Below, in pieces: positions 52,953-64,000 of a stretch of DNA of 64,000 bases. Position 1 is the stretch's first letter, and every line of letters begins with the position of its first letter. Below the pieces are notes generated by a model, which ran no database searches, was not told the DNA's origin, and saw only the letters and a program-made list of their open reading frames with translations. The stretch is from Lingula anatina (Eukaryota; Animalia; Brachiopoda). The stretch covers positions 13,368,651-13,432,650 of the forward strand of contig CM120647.1 in the NCBI GenBank assembly GCA_051362555.1, in the 5' to 3' direction. The translations under genes were made by a program, and so were the position numbers.

Positions 52953-53877
52953 GGAGAATGAAAGAGAGAGAGAGAGGGAGAGTGTTAAAAGGATAGCTCG
53001 TCCTTGTTCCTGAAAACAGACATGCAATAAGAGACGACGACATGCGACACTTGTTGGAAAAAGGCCCCAATTACCAGCTTATTAACCAGATACATGTTGC
53101 TTAAAATGCACAGATTGCGGCGACAATCCATAGCTGTTAACAATTATGAAATACGAAGGGTTTCATGTGTCGCAATAAATACCTTCGAGTTAAAAGGCTT
53201 CGTCGAGATATTAAATTTGTCGTAGGAGAGAGAGAAAGACAGGGAGATCAAGTAACTTATTTACGACATTTTCAAATCCAAATAGAAAGAAGAAGACGAT
53301 TCTGTCGTCGTCGAAAATAATCAACATCCAACGCGCTTAGCTGTCGTGTTTAAACGTCCTTCAAACTCTTAAAATGCACAAGGTGACGCTTTTTTGAAAG
53401 AAAACAAGAAGCAGCTTCCCGACTTTCCCTATATCGACTATGGCATTTTTCTAACTCTTTGCCTTGGCATTTACCTCTCTCATATGGCACTAAGGAAAAA
53501 AAAATTACAGCAACTTCTTTGACTGACATTGGAACCCTTTCTCCTGTGCAGACATTTCTACGAATTTGTTACAAAATCAATATGTTTTTCATTTTGATAG
53601 ATCTTGAAACAGCGCTCTGTGCTGGCTTTGCCTGTGACAAAGGAAAGACGAGCAAGAAACTAATTACGGGTTATATTTTTAGCATGGAAACTGGAAATTC
53701 GTGTCTAAGATTTAATAAAGTCGGGTTTTGCTGAGTGAGAATAAACATAACCACGCTATTATTATACAGGGGGATTAACATTTCACACTTTGCTTATGCA
53801 ACTTTAAAAGCAACCATTGGGGAGTGTTGGAAATAAACGATCTTCTTTTGCAAAAATGCTGAGTAATCGATGCAGGT

Positions 53878-53948
<71 letters not shown>

Positions 53949-55807
53949 GAGAGAGAGAGAGAGAAATTGGAGATAAAAGAAAACGAGAGAGAGAGAGAGA
54001 GAGCGATACATATGTAAAACCTGTTTCAAAACATTCACATAACAGGTCCTTGCCATACATATATATATTGAGAATGCGAGAAAAAGTTATCTTCTTGGAG
54101 TAATTTTCCCCCATTAGAGCAACGCGTGCAAATAAGAGTTTAAAGACACAAACAATGTACAGGGGACATTGCATAACAGTACCTGGTGCAATTATTATTT
54201 TAAGAATATATTAAAAATATTTTTAAAAATAATATAAAATATATATATTCAAAAATAATCATAACAGAACTCCTTAGCCGGCAGTGAAGCAAAACATGCT
54301 TATTGTTAAAAAATATTGAGTGATCTTTTTACTAATGCATAGAAGATCGATGGATAAAAAGAGAATCAAAGAATAAAAAATTAGTCGAAATGTGCGGGTT
54401 GGGATAAATCAAGTGGGAATCTTGAATTACAAACGTCTTTATAAACGTTTCCTCATTTTCGACCCACCTACATGTACCTGTGGATTTGTATAAAAAATAA
54501 CAGCTAATAGCACCCATAAGTCGTGACCTCAGGAATAATACACGACTGGAATCTGAGATGTCATTTTAATAGACCTTGAAGTTGACGAGATGGTAAATAA
54601 TTCCTTTTGATTTGGCCTCTCATAAATCACCTTTATTCAGTTTCGTAAACAGTTGTGGCTTTGATTCTTGCAACGTGACTTTGGCTACGTTTTCTTCTAG
54701 TTCTATTTTACTTACATGTACATGTACCAGGCACCCCTCTTGTTTTTCGGTGTTTTGGAATTGTTACACCCGTTCTATTGTCCCTAAACTTGAATCATTT
54801 GCATACTGCATTGCTACTCAATTAAAAAACTTTTCATGTGCAAAAAATGGCTAATATATCATCTTTCGCGGTTAATAATTTTGGACCAGTGACATTGTCA
54901 CTTATAAAAGAAGACGTACCTGCCATATTTAGGACATTTGTTATCAAAACTGTTTTTTTTTCTTTTATAAAGAATCATCATAACCATTTATCTTTTGACG
55001 GAGAGAACAAGGGTAAGTGATAAAATATAATTAACAATCGCTTTAAAAGAGTAAAAAAACCTTTCAAAATTTTATTAAAAACTCACATTTAAAAGAAAAT
55101 TGCAAAGATTCATATCATAAACTCTATGGTTATTACCGTTTGTTTAATATCTTAATTATAATAAAAGTTTGAGGTTCTATGGAATACGCTATTAATAACT
55201 CTCATTTCTTCAGGTGTAAAACCAAGTTAAACCTTCAGACAGGAATAAATATTGGGAGTTTCATCAATTTTTACGTGATCAACAAAGTAAACCTAATCCA
55301 AAATCATTGGAATTATCTGCATTTCCTGAGTAACTCAAAAATTAGAAAATCAGTACCCAAAACGTTCCATCTAATACTCTTTGTGCAACTTCCATTTTTA
55401 GAGACATAGGTTTTTTCTTTTTTTTCCTCTCTCTCCTTTTATGAAATATCGGAAATTACAACCACATACAGCGAAGATGTCGAGAGCAATTTGAAACAGG
55501 AAACAGGAGCTTATCGATAGAACGTCACCATGTTAAACGCTACGACAGTAGCAATCAGCCGTTGACAAACGAGCAGATACTGCATCTTTCAAGCGAGGTT
55601 GCGATGGTGTCGCCACGTATCGGTCGTACTTTACACTACATATATTGTGTGAAAAGGAGAAATATGCAATATTACACAAAAGTAAAATAATAACCGGCTA
55701 AAGGGCCGACATCTGTTTCACACAGGAAAATCTGGAGTTCAGATATTCGGAGGAGGAAATGCGCACCGAAGCTCGGATTAGGTAATACCAAAGATCAGCA
55801 CTGAATA

Positions 55808-55991
55808 AGCGCATTAAGGACAGCGGACTAACAGATCCGAGGATCAAATACGACAACCCGCTTAAAAGATTGCCGCTTAATTCCCGATTAGACACTGAAT
55901 AGATTCCCGACAGAGATTACGCAACAAGCATTCAAGTGGGTCGGCCATATTTGATCCGAGCATCTGTTAGTCAGATGTTTTGAATGCGCTC
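55808..55991. mobile_element. Diverged MITE family 1 relative
   Basis: GCGCATT..GGACTAACAGAT..GGATCAAATA and GTGGGTCGGCCATATTTGATCC..ATCTGTTAGTC..GAATGCGCTC arms; similar copies near 33860-34005 and 59825-59999. Confidence 0.65.
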
Positions 55992-56882
55992 ATTGATAAT
56001 TACTTTCCCCTTGTTCGGAACACTTCGGCTGAAGATAATGATTGAAAGGGCCAAAAGAATAAAATTGTTAATTTTAGGCAGTTAGGTTTAAAATAAGTTG
56101 TTCCTTCCCACTGGATACTGACAATGATCAGAAAATGCAAAGGCAATTTTTTTTCACTTAAAGATCGACAGAGTTTATTATAAAAGTTGATAAATACAGT
56201 ACTGAATATAACGGAAAGTTACAACTGATACTACATTATAAAATAGAAAAAAAAGATTTCGAGGATGATGTTTCGTTTTTTAAATTATGTATAAAAATCA
56301 ACAGTATTAAATAAAAAGTTAAAGCTGGCACAATCAATATGTGACTTCGTCTAAAAATTATTTTGAAGACGTGCAGTTGTTCACCTAACCAAGCAGTTGC
56401 CGATAAGTACACATTATTAACAATTAAAATTCAAACAGCCCAAGTTAAAATGCGTATTGGGCTAAAACACTTCTTTGGCCACCTGCGTTATCTGTTGAAC
56501 CTTACTGACGTCTTGATGCTCTCACACGTTTTACTAAGCCAGTGGAAACACGCGTAACGAAATGTGCAGATACTAGCTGCTGTGCATGACCAAAGAAAAA
56601 AAAAAGACTCTGATCTGTTCTTCCTACGTGGAAAATAATGGGCCTACATACTCATTTTACTCAGCTGCAGTGTCATCTTTCGTCTTTCTCTGCATGCAAT
56701 GTGTTCCATGCGCGACATATGAGACGCTAGCTTGTTGTTTAAGGCTCTTGTGAGCGCATATTTGTCTCGAGTGCTCTGTATTTTTTTTGTCGGTATTCCG
56801 TGCGGAGATAAAGATGTTTCAAACAACTTCGAGTGGTGCAGGGATGGAAGTCGTTGAGTCGAAGGCTACATTATCAAAACTT

Positions 56883-57963
56883 TCATCCATTTTGAACTAA
56901 AAAAAAGTAAATAACATTATTAAATAATCCAAAAACAACAATTTCAAAATAATAATAATAATGCTGCACACCAACGTAATTGCTCAAGAGGTCAGAAACA
57001 TGACGACAAAAATCTATCCAACTTAGTCTGATTCTTTTTAAAAACGGTTGGATACATGATTTTTATAATACGATGGCAAACCTTAACATGCATATTGTAA
57101 CGTTAAAAGAAAAAAATATTTTTACGCGGTTCTTAAAACAGTAACGACATAGGCCTACTTTTTATTACTTATATAAAAACGTTTGGCATTTGACAAAATG
57201 GACGACTTTCACGAGAAATGAATATCGCTGAAGCTTATTATCCGAACAAATGCCACATTTTACCCAGTGTTTCGTGTAAAAGCGAGATAGAAATTGGGAC
57301 ATAATACATAAACTCACTATCTGTCCCAGACATAGGATTGTAGCAACATTCGTATGACACAACGATGGATCGCTCCTCCTGATTAGTCAATCCACATGGA
57401 TAGATGGCGCTGCAATGCCCCTTTCCGTCACATCTTTTCTGCAGTGACGTTCGTATTTCGTCATCTTGTTCGCATGCATTGGTCATGCTACATGAATCCA
57501 CATGTCGAACCTAAATCAAGCCAAAAAAATACTATATTTAGAGTTTGGAAGAAAGCGCTTGTATTATCTAAAGGTCAGAATGTCCTTATTCGACATGTGC
57601 TATTTTCGGGTTGGAAAAAATTCGTCAACACACACCCTCCAAACAACAAAAACAAACAAACGAACAAAAAACACTATTTCCTTTAAAACGCCGACTGCTT
57701 TATATTAAACGTAAATATTTTCTAGAAATAAATCCTATATTAACCACGAAATTCAAATGACACTTGAAGAAAGGAATTTCGAAAACATAACTGAAGTAAC
57801 CGTTCCTAATAATATATAATCACTTTTGTCAACCGAATTGTGCCTTCATCTTCAAGTGTAAAGCCTGCCATTGAAATAACTGACCAGTAACTTTGCTCTT
57901 CTTTTTCATCAAAACAAAATTTATCATCGAATCTTCCAATGATCTGTTGTATTTACTCTTAAA

Positions 57964-58003
<40 letters not shown>

Positions 58004-61000
58004 TACCCGCAAGATTTTTGGGTAATCGTCCTGGTTGCATAACAAAGTCAATCTGCTACTCAACATGCAGTCAAAGTGAACCTCATGCTGCGTTGCTGTA
58101 AAATTAGGATATTATTAGTATTTGTCCTTTTTCAAAGTTGAGCGGTATGCTTTAGCGATACAATTGTGCCGGTACACTTTGAATGACTTGTGGCAAAACC
58201 GCCTGTATCGATACACACTGAGAGGCTTACAGCTAACCAGTTTGGCTATTGCGTAAGAGATTGTCGCTTAAATGGAGTTTCTTCGTTCGACACGGCCAAT
58301 TAATTAATTTAGTTAACAGTAGGATGCGAATTTGAGAAAGGGAGTAAAAGTAGGTCTAATGTATTTACATGTTATAAGTGTACCGGTGCACAGTATATTG
58401 CTAAAGTATATTGATCGATGCTAAAAAAAAACAAACACCTGTGAATGGAAATCTTCTAATAACTTTTGCTAAATGTCATTTTAGTAATCATCAGTAATCA
58501 AGAAGTAAGATCAGTAACAATGCCCTTGAAAATATGATTAGTGTACTCGTTAATGCTAATGTCAAACGGTGCTTAAGAGAGCCTATTGACGTAAAGGATA
58601 TTACGAAGTGATTGGCGTTATTAACACCTTGTGTTTTCCACTGAGAATAATTACCAGAGTTGTAAATATAGCCTAGGTGACTAAGATTACATACACAAAC
58701 ATACCAAATACTTCTATTATTATAAAGGCGTAACTCAATGCATGCAGACTACATAAATCAAACATAGTTAAACATAGAGCGCATTCTCAACGAATTAAGC
58801 CAGGCTTTACAAAGCCTGTGACCTAAAAATGGCGGACGTACATGAAAGAAAAACCGCCTAATCTTTTAATAGTCTCTCCGCCTCCCCACACGTCGTCCCT
58901 GCGGGGTACAGTAATTAAATCGCGTCTCCGTTCGCCATGCGGAAGCTACCTGAGAAATATTAAGTGCGCATGCTCACCAGTTAAACTCGTGGTGAAGAAA
59001 GCATGGCGGCTGAAGGCGATCGAAGGAAAAAAGCTCTTCTGTTCTATTATCTTTGAAAACAGAGACGAAAAAGGAATAATTTGGCCCGTAGAGCAGCAAT
59101 GAATCGACTATCCACGGAGATAATATCACCAGAGATATTCACGGAAATATTAATGTTCGGAGCCGAGATTTAATTACTGTACCCCGCAGGGACGACGTGT
59201 GGGGAGGCGTGTGAGAGGCGGAGAGACTATTAAAAGATTAGGCGGTTTTTCTTTCATGTACGTCCGCCATTTTTAGGTCACCGGCTTTGTAAAGCCTGGC
59301 TTAATTCGTTGAGAATGCGCTCTTAAACATTGTTCCGTATAAGTCAAACTACACAGAGATGCCACATGTAACTTACGCAATGGTAACAAAAAATAACTTA
59401 ACTTCATTATAAACGGTTACGTTGTAGTAGAGAGTTCTGGAGCGCGGGGGTGGGGGGGGGCAGTAAAAGGGGGCCTTAGAATCTCCCTTTTGACAAAAAC
59501 CCTCTATGAATAAGTATAAGACCCTGGTGCTCTTTCACTTTTCAACTTGGGTTGTGCTTTGAGGGACAAAATTTTAAGTTTCACCTTTTCAGAAAAAATA
59601 ATCCTCCCCATTGAACTTGCTCGATTAAGAATTATTTCCCAAGAGGCGTGAAACGTTCATTTTTCATTACGAAAAAAGGTTCGTTTAAGTGGCGCGGGGG
59701 GGGGGGGGGGGGGGGCTCTTTCACTTTCACTTTTCACCTTGTGTCACCTGGGGCGTGCTTTGGGGACGAGAGCTAAAAGTTTCCCTTTTTCAGAAAACTG
59801 AATTCTCCCTTTGCCGGATTTTTAGAGAGCATTCGCAACAGGGTTGATCCTCGGACTAACAAATTCGCGGTTCAACTAAGGCCGACCCACGGCCGAGTTC
59901 CCATCAGGGAATTTATTCAGTGTCTATTACGGGATAATGGCGCGATTTCAGGTGGGTCGGCCATATTTGGTCCGCAGATCAACTCTGATTTGAATGCGAT
60001 GTAAAACATGCTGTGACCTAAGTGCCGTATTTTTGCATTTAAACAATTCTTACCATTACAACAACGCAGACCGCACTGTCTGGTTCTCACTAGACGTTTC
60101 TCTTTGCATCTTTGCGGATTAATACACCGACGTCGCCGTGTCTGGACGCCGCCACCACAGGAAACGGAACACGCTGACCACGCTGACCAGTGAGTGACTG
60201 CAACACCTAATAATAATAATAATAATAATTCATCCAGATGTATTTTTTATCAAGAAAAAAAGGACCTTGACAACTCGAGTAGTAGAGTTGCCTGGTGACG
60301 TCAGTGACAAACGCACGATCTTGTCCCATGTGATGTTCCGGTCAATTATTCATTATTTTGCGTATTTCATAACCTCTTACCGTATTCATATGTAGGATCA
60401 ATTAAACGATGCAAATCGGCGACTAAAGCTTCCATTAGGTCAATCCTGCTGAGTTCCCTGATGTGGTGGAATGTGACATTGGTGCGCACAACGCTTGTTA
60501 TCTCAGCTACCGCAATGTGGGCGTCGCTGTTTGTATCGTACTCAAACTCGGGCCCTATGCCTATACCACGTGCATACAGAATTCCAGCTTCATGTACCTA
60601 AAAATATCATAATAATAATAATCAACGATTAATATCGAAGTTAATTAAAAACGTTACATAAGAGATATTTCTATAAATGCATTTTATTAGAATAGAAATT
60701 GCAAGGTAGAACAAATAGTTTAAAAAAAAAAACATGAAGTGATAGCTCAGAAAAAAAAAATGCGCACACACATGCAAATTAATATTTAATATTTATGTTA
60801 ATTCAGATGGCCCACACATCCGAACGTGAAATATGCATTAAATTGGTTTATATCTTTAATTCTTACATCATCTGCTGCTTGCATTACCGCTGTAGAATTT
60901 ATAGACGCGCCGCAGCTCACAAACACAGCAAGGTTAGGTCCATTTCTCGCTGTATTGTTTTTCTGGATAAACATCTCATTGCTGGAATGGCAAATAAATG

Positions 61001-63745
61001 TTTGTATAAATTCTAAATACAGCAACTCGAAACATTTTAAGCGAGATAAAATTCTAAAATGAACTATTTCGCTCACGTGGTTTGAGACGGATTGCTTTGA
61101 GTTTGTCACTTATAGAAAGGGCAAGATACAAGCGAAAAACTGTAAATGGAGCCGTTGTTTATGACTCTGTTTTTTACAGGAGAAAAATAAGTGTCACAAT
61201 ATAATAATGAATTTAATTTAATTTAATTGAAAAACGTGTTCCACTTTGGAAAATGCCTTTTTTCATCAGCTGTTTCATACATTATTAATTTAAAACAGTG
61301 GACAATACCAGTGCTTTCTTTAATTAGTTATTTTATTATGTGGTTTATTCATATTGAACTTCAGGGCCATTTCAAGAATGACCTTAAAATCTGGAAATTT
61401 ACTATTAAGCATATCGCAGTATCATACAATCAACAGTCATATTAAATAAGAAGCATAAAATAAACGTTTAATTCGAACAAACTTTCAGTGTAAAATAACA
61501 TACGTGGAAATGATATATTATAATTTGTAGGAATTAACACTAAAGCGGAAACACAGGTTTGCTGCTAGAGATGGTAATGTCGAATAAAACACGTACCTCA
61601 GTAGTTGTAATGCCTCAAATGTTGCCCTCGGTCCGCCTACGTACGGTATATCATCCACCATATCTATCATGGTATCTATATCAAATGTGTCATTCAAGCG
61701 CAACCCGATGCCACTTTTCCCGGAAACTTGAATAACGCCAAACCGAGTCAAATTTCGGCCCACCGCGAAAGCTTGCATGATTCCCATGACGAACAACAGC
61801 TGCAACCGGAAGTGGGAGTGTCCTGCTCTATAAGAGCCATCTATAATAAAGACGATGTTACTAGGAGCGGGCACTGCAACTGAAATGGTGAAAGAAACGT
61901 GGGGATAATAATCTACGTTACACAGTCCAACGAGGAGATAAATATGTATACAACTATCTCATGATATTAGTATTTTGATGAAATTGTTGCGTTTGTTACG
62001 TTATAAACTGTTTGAAACAAAGGGATGTGTGAGGCCTGCCATGTAGGCCTATATGCCTTCTCATGCCTTGTCACAAAATCAGCCTAACAGCGTGTTAGAA
62101 TTTAGTTTATTTACTACGTCTTCATAAACTTTCGTGTGGTACATAAGCTTGCTACTTTTGTATAATTGCGGTCTAAGGCGACAATTTAGGCGTACAGCGT
62201 TTTAGCTTAGCTCCGCTTCGCGCGGGTTTTCAGGCGTTTCATTTTTTAGTCTGGCATGACGTCACGACTCGCTTTGGACTATCTCGGATGCTTCCCATCT
62301 ATTTTGGTACTCACGTTTGCACACTCCGATGTCCTCTTCCATATCATACGCCTCTGTGTATGCACAGCTCCTGCGCTATATGACACCAACCATAGAAGAG
62401 ACTGTGTAAATACGTATTTTGCAATATATAGGTTTGACTATTATTATAGAAGAAATATGAACTTACGATTAATTAAAAATAAATGTAGAAAAATATTGGT
62501 CCAACCATAACAATAAAGCTGTATTATCATTTATTTTATCAACATACTTAGCTACAACTAACAAATTGAATGGTGGCACATGTTTTCGCCAAACACCGCC
62601 GTTTGCTAATATTAACGTTATGCAAACAAGGAAATGTATATTACTATAAGTGAGAAGTTAAATCATTCAAATTACCAATAAAAGTCTTTGCCGTGTCCGT
62701 CTGTTATTCCGGTCACATTTTGACCACTCTGACCATGGGGACACATCTGTATAAAAAAAAAAAGAAATATAGTTTTAAAAATCCTCATCGCGATCAAATA
62801 AATACACAGTCTTTTTGTGCAAAGCATTTCCTATATACTCGGTCCTGCATGGTGGCATGTTGGCTGCGGTTGAAACCCAGCATACACAGCGTTATTATAA
62901 CGTTACCGTAACGTTTATATTACCCCAAAACTTTACGGTAACGTTATTATAACGTTACCATAACGTTTATATAACAAAAACATTAAGGCATCAAAACGTT
63001 CTGCTTGCGCTGGGAAAGCATATAACGTGATCCCGAGCTTAGCTCTATAGTAATGTCCCATTGCATTTTTACGTGATGTACTTACTGCTCATACAGGCCA
63101 GCACGATTTCTACGTGAGCTCCATTATTCTTTGTAATGTTTCTGTCCGGTGTACAGGTTCCGGTCACGTGGTCTAGTAATGGGCGGGGCACACTTATGGG
63201 ATCACTGTCAAAGATAAGATTCAGATATAGCATGTAAACGGTAAAATAATGCATGTTCATTGCCAAATATCCAAACAGTTTAGTACTTAAAAAAATAAAT
63301 TCGATAATGTGATCAGGTGAATTTATAAGTATTTATCCAAATCTCTGTTTATTTTATTTATAGGTGATAACAAGATGCTTGACTTGCATTTTGGATATCT
63401 CTACGCATAGTTTCTACCCCATTAAGTTAAAAGTACATTAGTTGCATTTAAACGCACCTTTTGTGATGAAATAATACAAATAACTATACTTACATAACCC
63501 CTGTCGTAAATATAGTGCATCCTAGAATCACAGGTGCCACCAGTTCTGCAGGACAACGTACTGAAGGCTTGAAAGTAGTATTTTCTAAATCTCCAAGGTT
63601 CTGTTTGAATTCTTGGTAGTGTACTCTTGAGTGCCTACATTCTTCGGCGCATGTTAGAATAGACTGGAAATAACATGTTCAAGTTTAAAGATGGCAGGGT
63701 GATCTTGTGTAAAGATGTATCTATGTAAGACTCACTTGCTTCATA
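56883..63745 (-). CDS. vWA + thrombospondin type 1 + SUEL/galactose-lectin-like domain protein (5' end probably outside window)
   Basis: Exons 63745-63736, 63663-63494, 63204-63086, 61879-61597, 60981-60867, 60597-60381, 60206-60054, 58095-58007, 57510-57318 and 56896-56883 (IQNG*). All are GT-AG and phase-consistent, giving about 453 codons. Confidence 0.85.
57318..57510 (-). CDS. SUEL/rhamnose-binding-lectin-like Cys-rich domain exon
   Basis: LQKRCDGKGHCSAIYPCGLTNQEERSIVVSYECC resembles the SUEL C-terminal pattern C.G...C....PC......L.V.Y.C, in shortened form. Confidence 0.6.
58777..59322. mobile_element. Young foldback non-autonomous DNA transposon, about 546 bp, about 150-bp near-perfect TIRs
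   Basis: GAGCGCATTCTCAACGAATTAAGCCAGGCTTTACAAAGCC...GGCTTTGTAAAGCCTGGCTTAATTCGTTGAGAATGCGCTC, flanked by TTAAACAT(A) and TTAAACAT(T). Confidence 0.92.
59441..59810 (+). repeat. Degenerate duplication with poly-G tracts
   Basis: GCGCGGGGG(G)n...GCTCTTTCACTTT..GTGCTTTG.GGGAC..AAGTTTC..TTTTCAGAAAA occurs at about 59441-59610 and 59691-59810. Confidence 0.6.
59825..59999. mobile_element. Diverged MITE family 1 relative
   Basis: GGCCGACCCAC ... GTGGGTCGGCCATATTTGG inverted core with the shared ATTCAGTGTCTATT spacer. Confidence 0.6.
60054..60206 (-). CDS. TSP1 (thrombospondin type 1) domain exon, phase 1-1
   Basis: VAVTHWSAWSACSVSCGGGVQTRRRRCINPQRCKEKRLVRTRQCGLRCCN contains the WSxWSxCSVSCGGGxQxRxRxC signature. 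It is not in the ORF track. Confidence 0.92.
61597..61879 (-). CDS. vWA domain first exon
   Basis: NIVFIIDGSYRAGHSHFRLQLLFVMGIMQAF...TRFGVIQVS...IPYVGGPRATFEALQLL is a typical vWA beta1-alpha1-beta2 pattern. Confidence 0.9.
62876..63014. mobile_element. EnSpm/CACTA-like non-autonomous element
   Basis: AA|CCCAGC...GCTGGG|AA with reiterated palindromic TAACGTTA subterminal motifs. Confidence 0.65.
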
Positions 63746-64000
63746 CTAAAAATGAAATATGTATGTTCGAAATGAGTGTAAAATGGCATAACTTTCGGAA
63801 GTCAAAATAACTGTAGTCACAGTGCAGTACCAATGATGCTTAATCATAAGACGACTTTATTAATACAGAAATATAGAAGGCGGTTATTACAGGGCTCGAA
63901 GTGCTAAAACGTTTTATGGGACGAAATATATATCTCAGAGTAAAATTTTACATGGATTTTAGCCTGAAACAACCTTTTCGTTGCAGCGTTAATTAAATAC

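Noticed and set aside
53775-54174. Overlapping ORFs with ER/SL repeats (also at 40084-40585, 33333-33605, 7798-7995)
   Set aside because: Open only because microsatellites lack stop codons.

Overview
AT-rich, intron-rich eukaryotic genomic DNA, full of microsatellites and DNA transposons. It looks like a marine invertebrate, but the species cannot be determined from sequence. I reconstructed four spliced genes by hand from GT-AG boundaries and phase continuity: (1) the last four exons of an SLC22A18-like MFS transporter (+, 842-2917); (2) an orphan with one giant 3.4-kb exon encoding a disordered Ser/Arg/Pro-rich protein with a single C-terminal transmembrane helix (-, 23942-20546); (3) a divergently transcribed 7-exon orphan type II membrane protein with an acidic N-terminus and a Thr-rich ectodomain (+, 34925-48411); (4) a 5'-incomplete extracellular-type protein with Cys-rich region + degenerate vWA + TSP1 + SUEL-like domains (-, 63745-56883). 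Repeats include two decayed, inverted Tc1 copies, several Harbinger-like MITE families, MULE-, Kolobok-, EnSpm- and pogo-like non-autonomous elements, pearl/HINE-like elements and an L2 LINE remnant. No rRNA, tRNA or CRISPR array was seen. I found no clear new system. The best leads are the head-to-head orphan membrane-protein pair, the vWA-TSP1-SUEL protein, and a CpG boundary near 4.8 kb.
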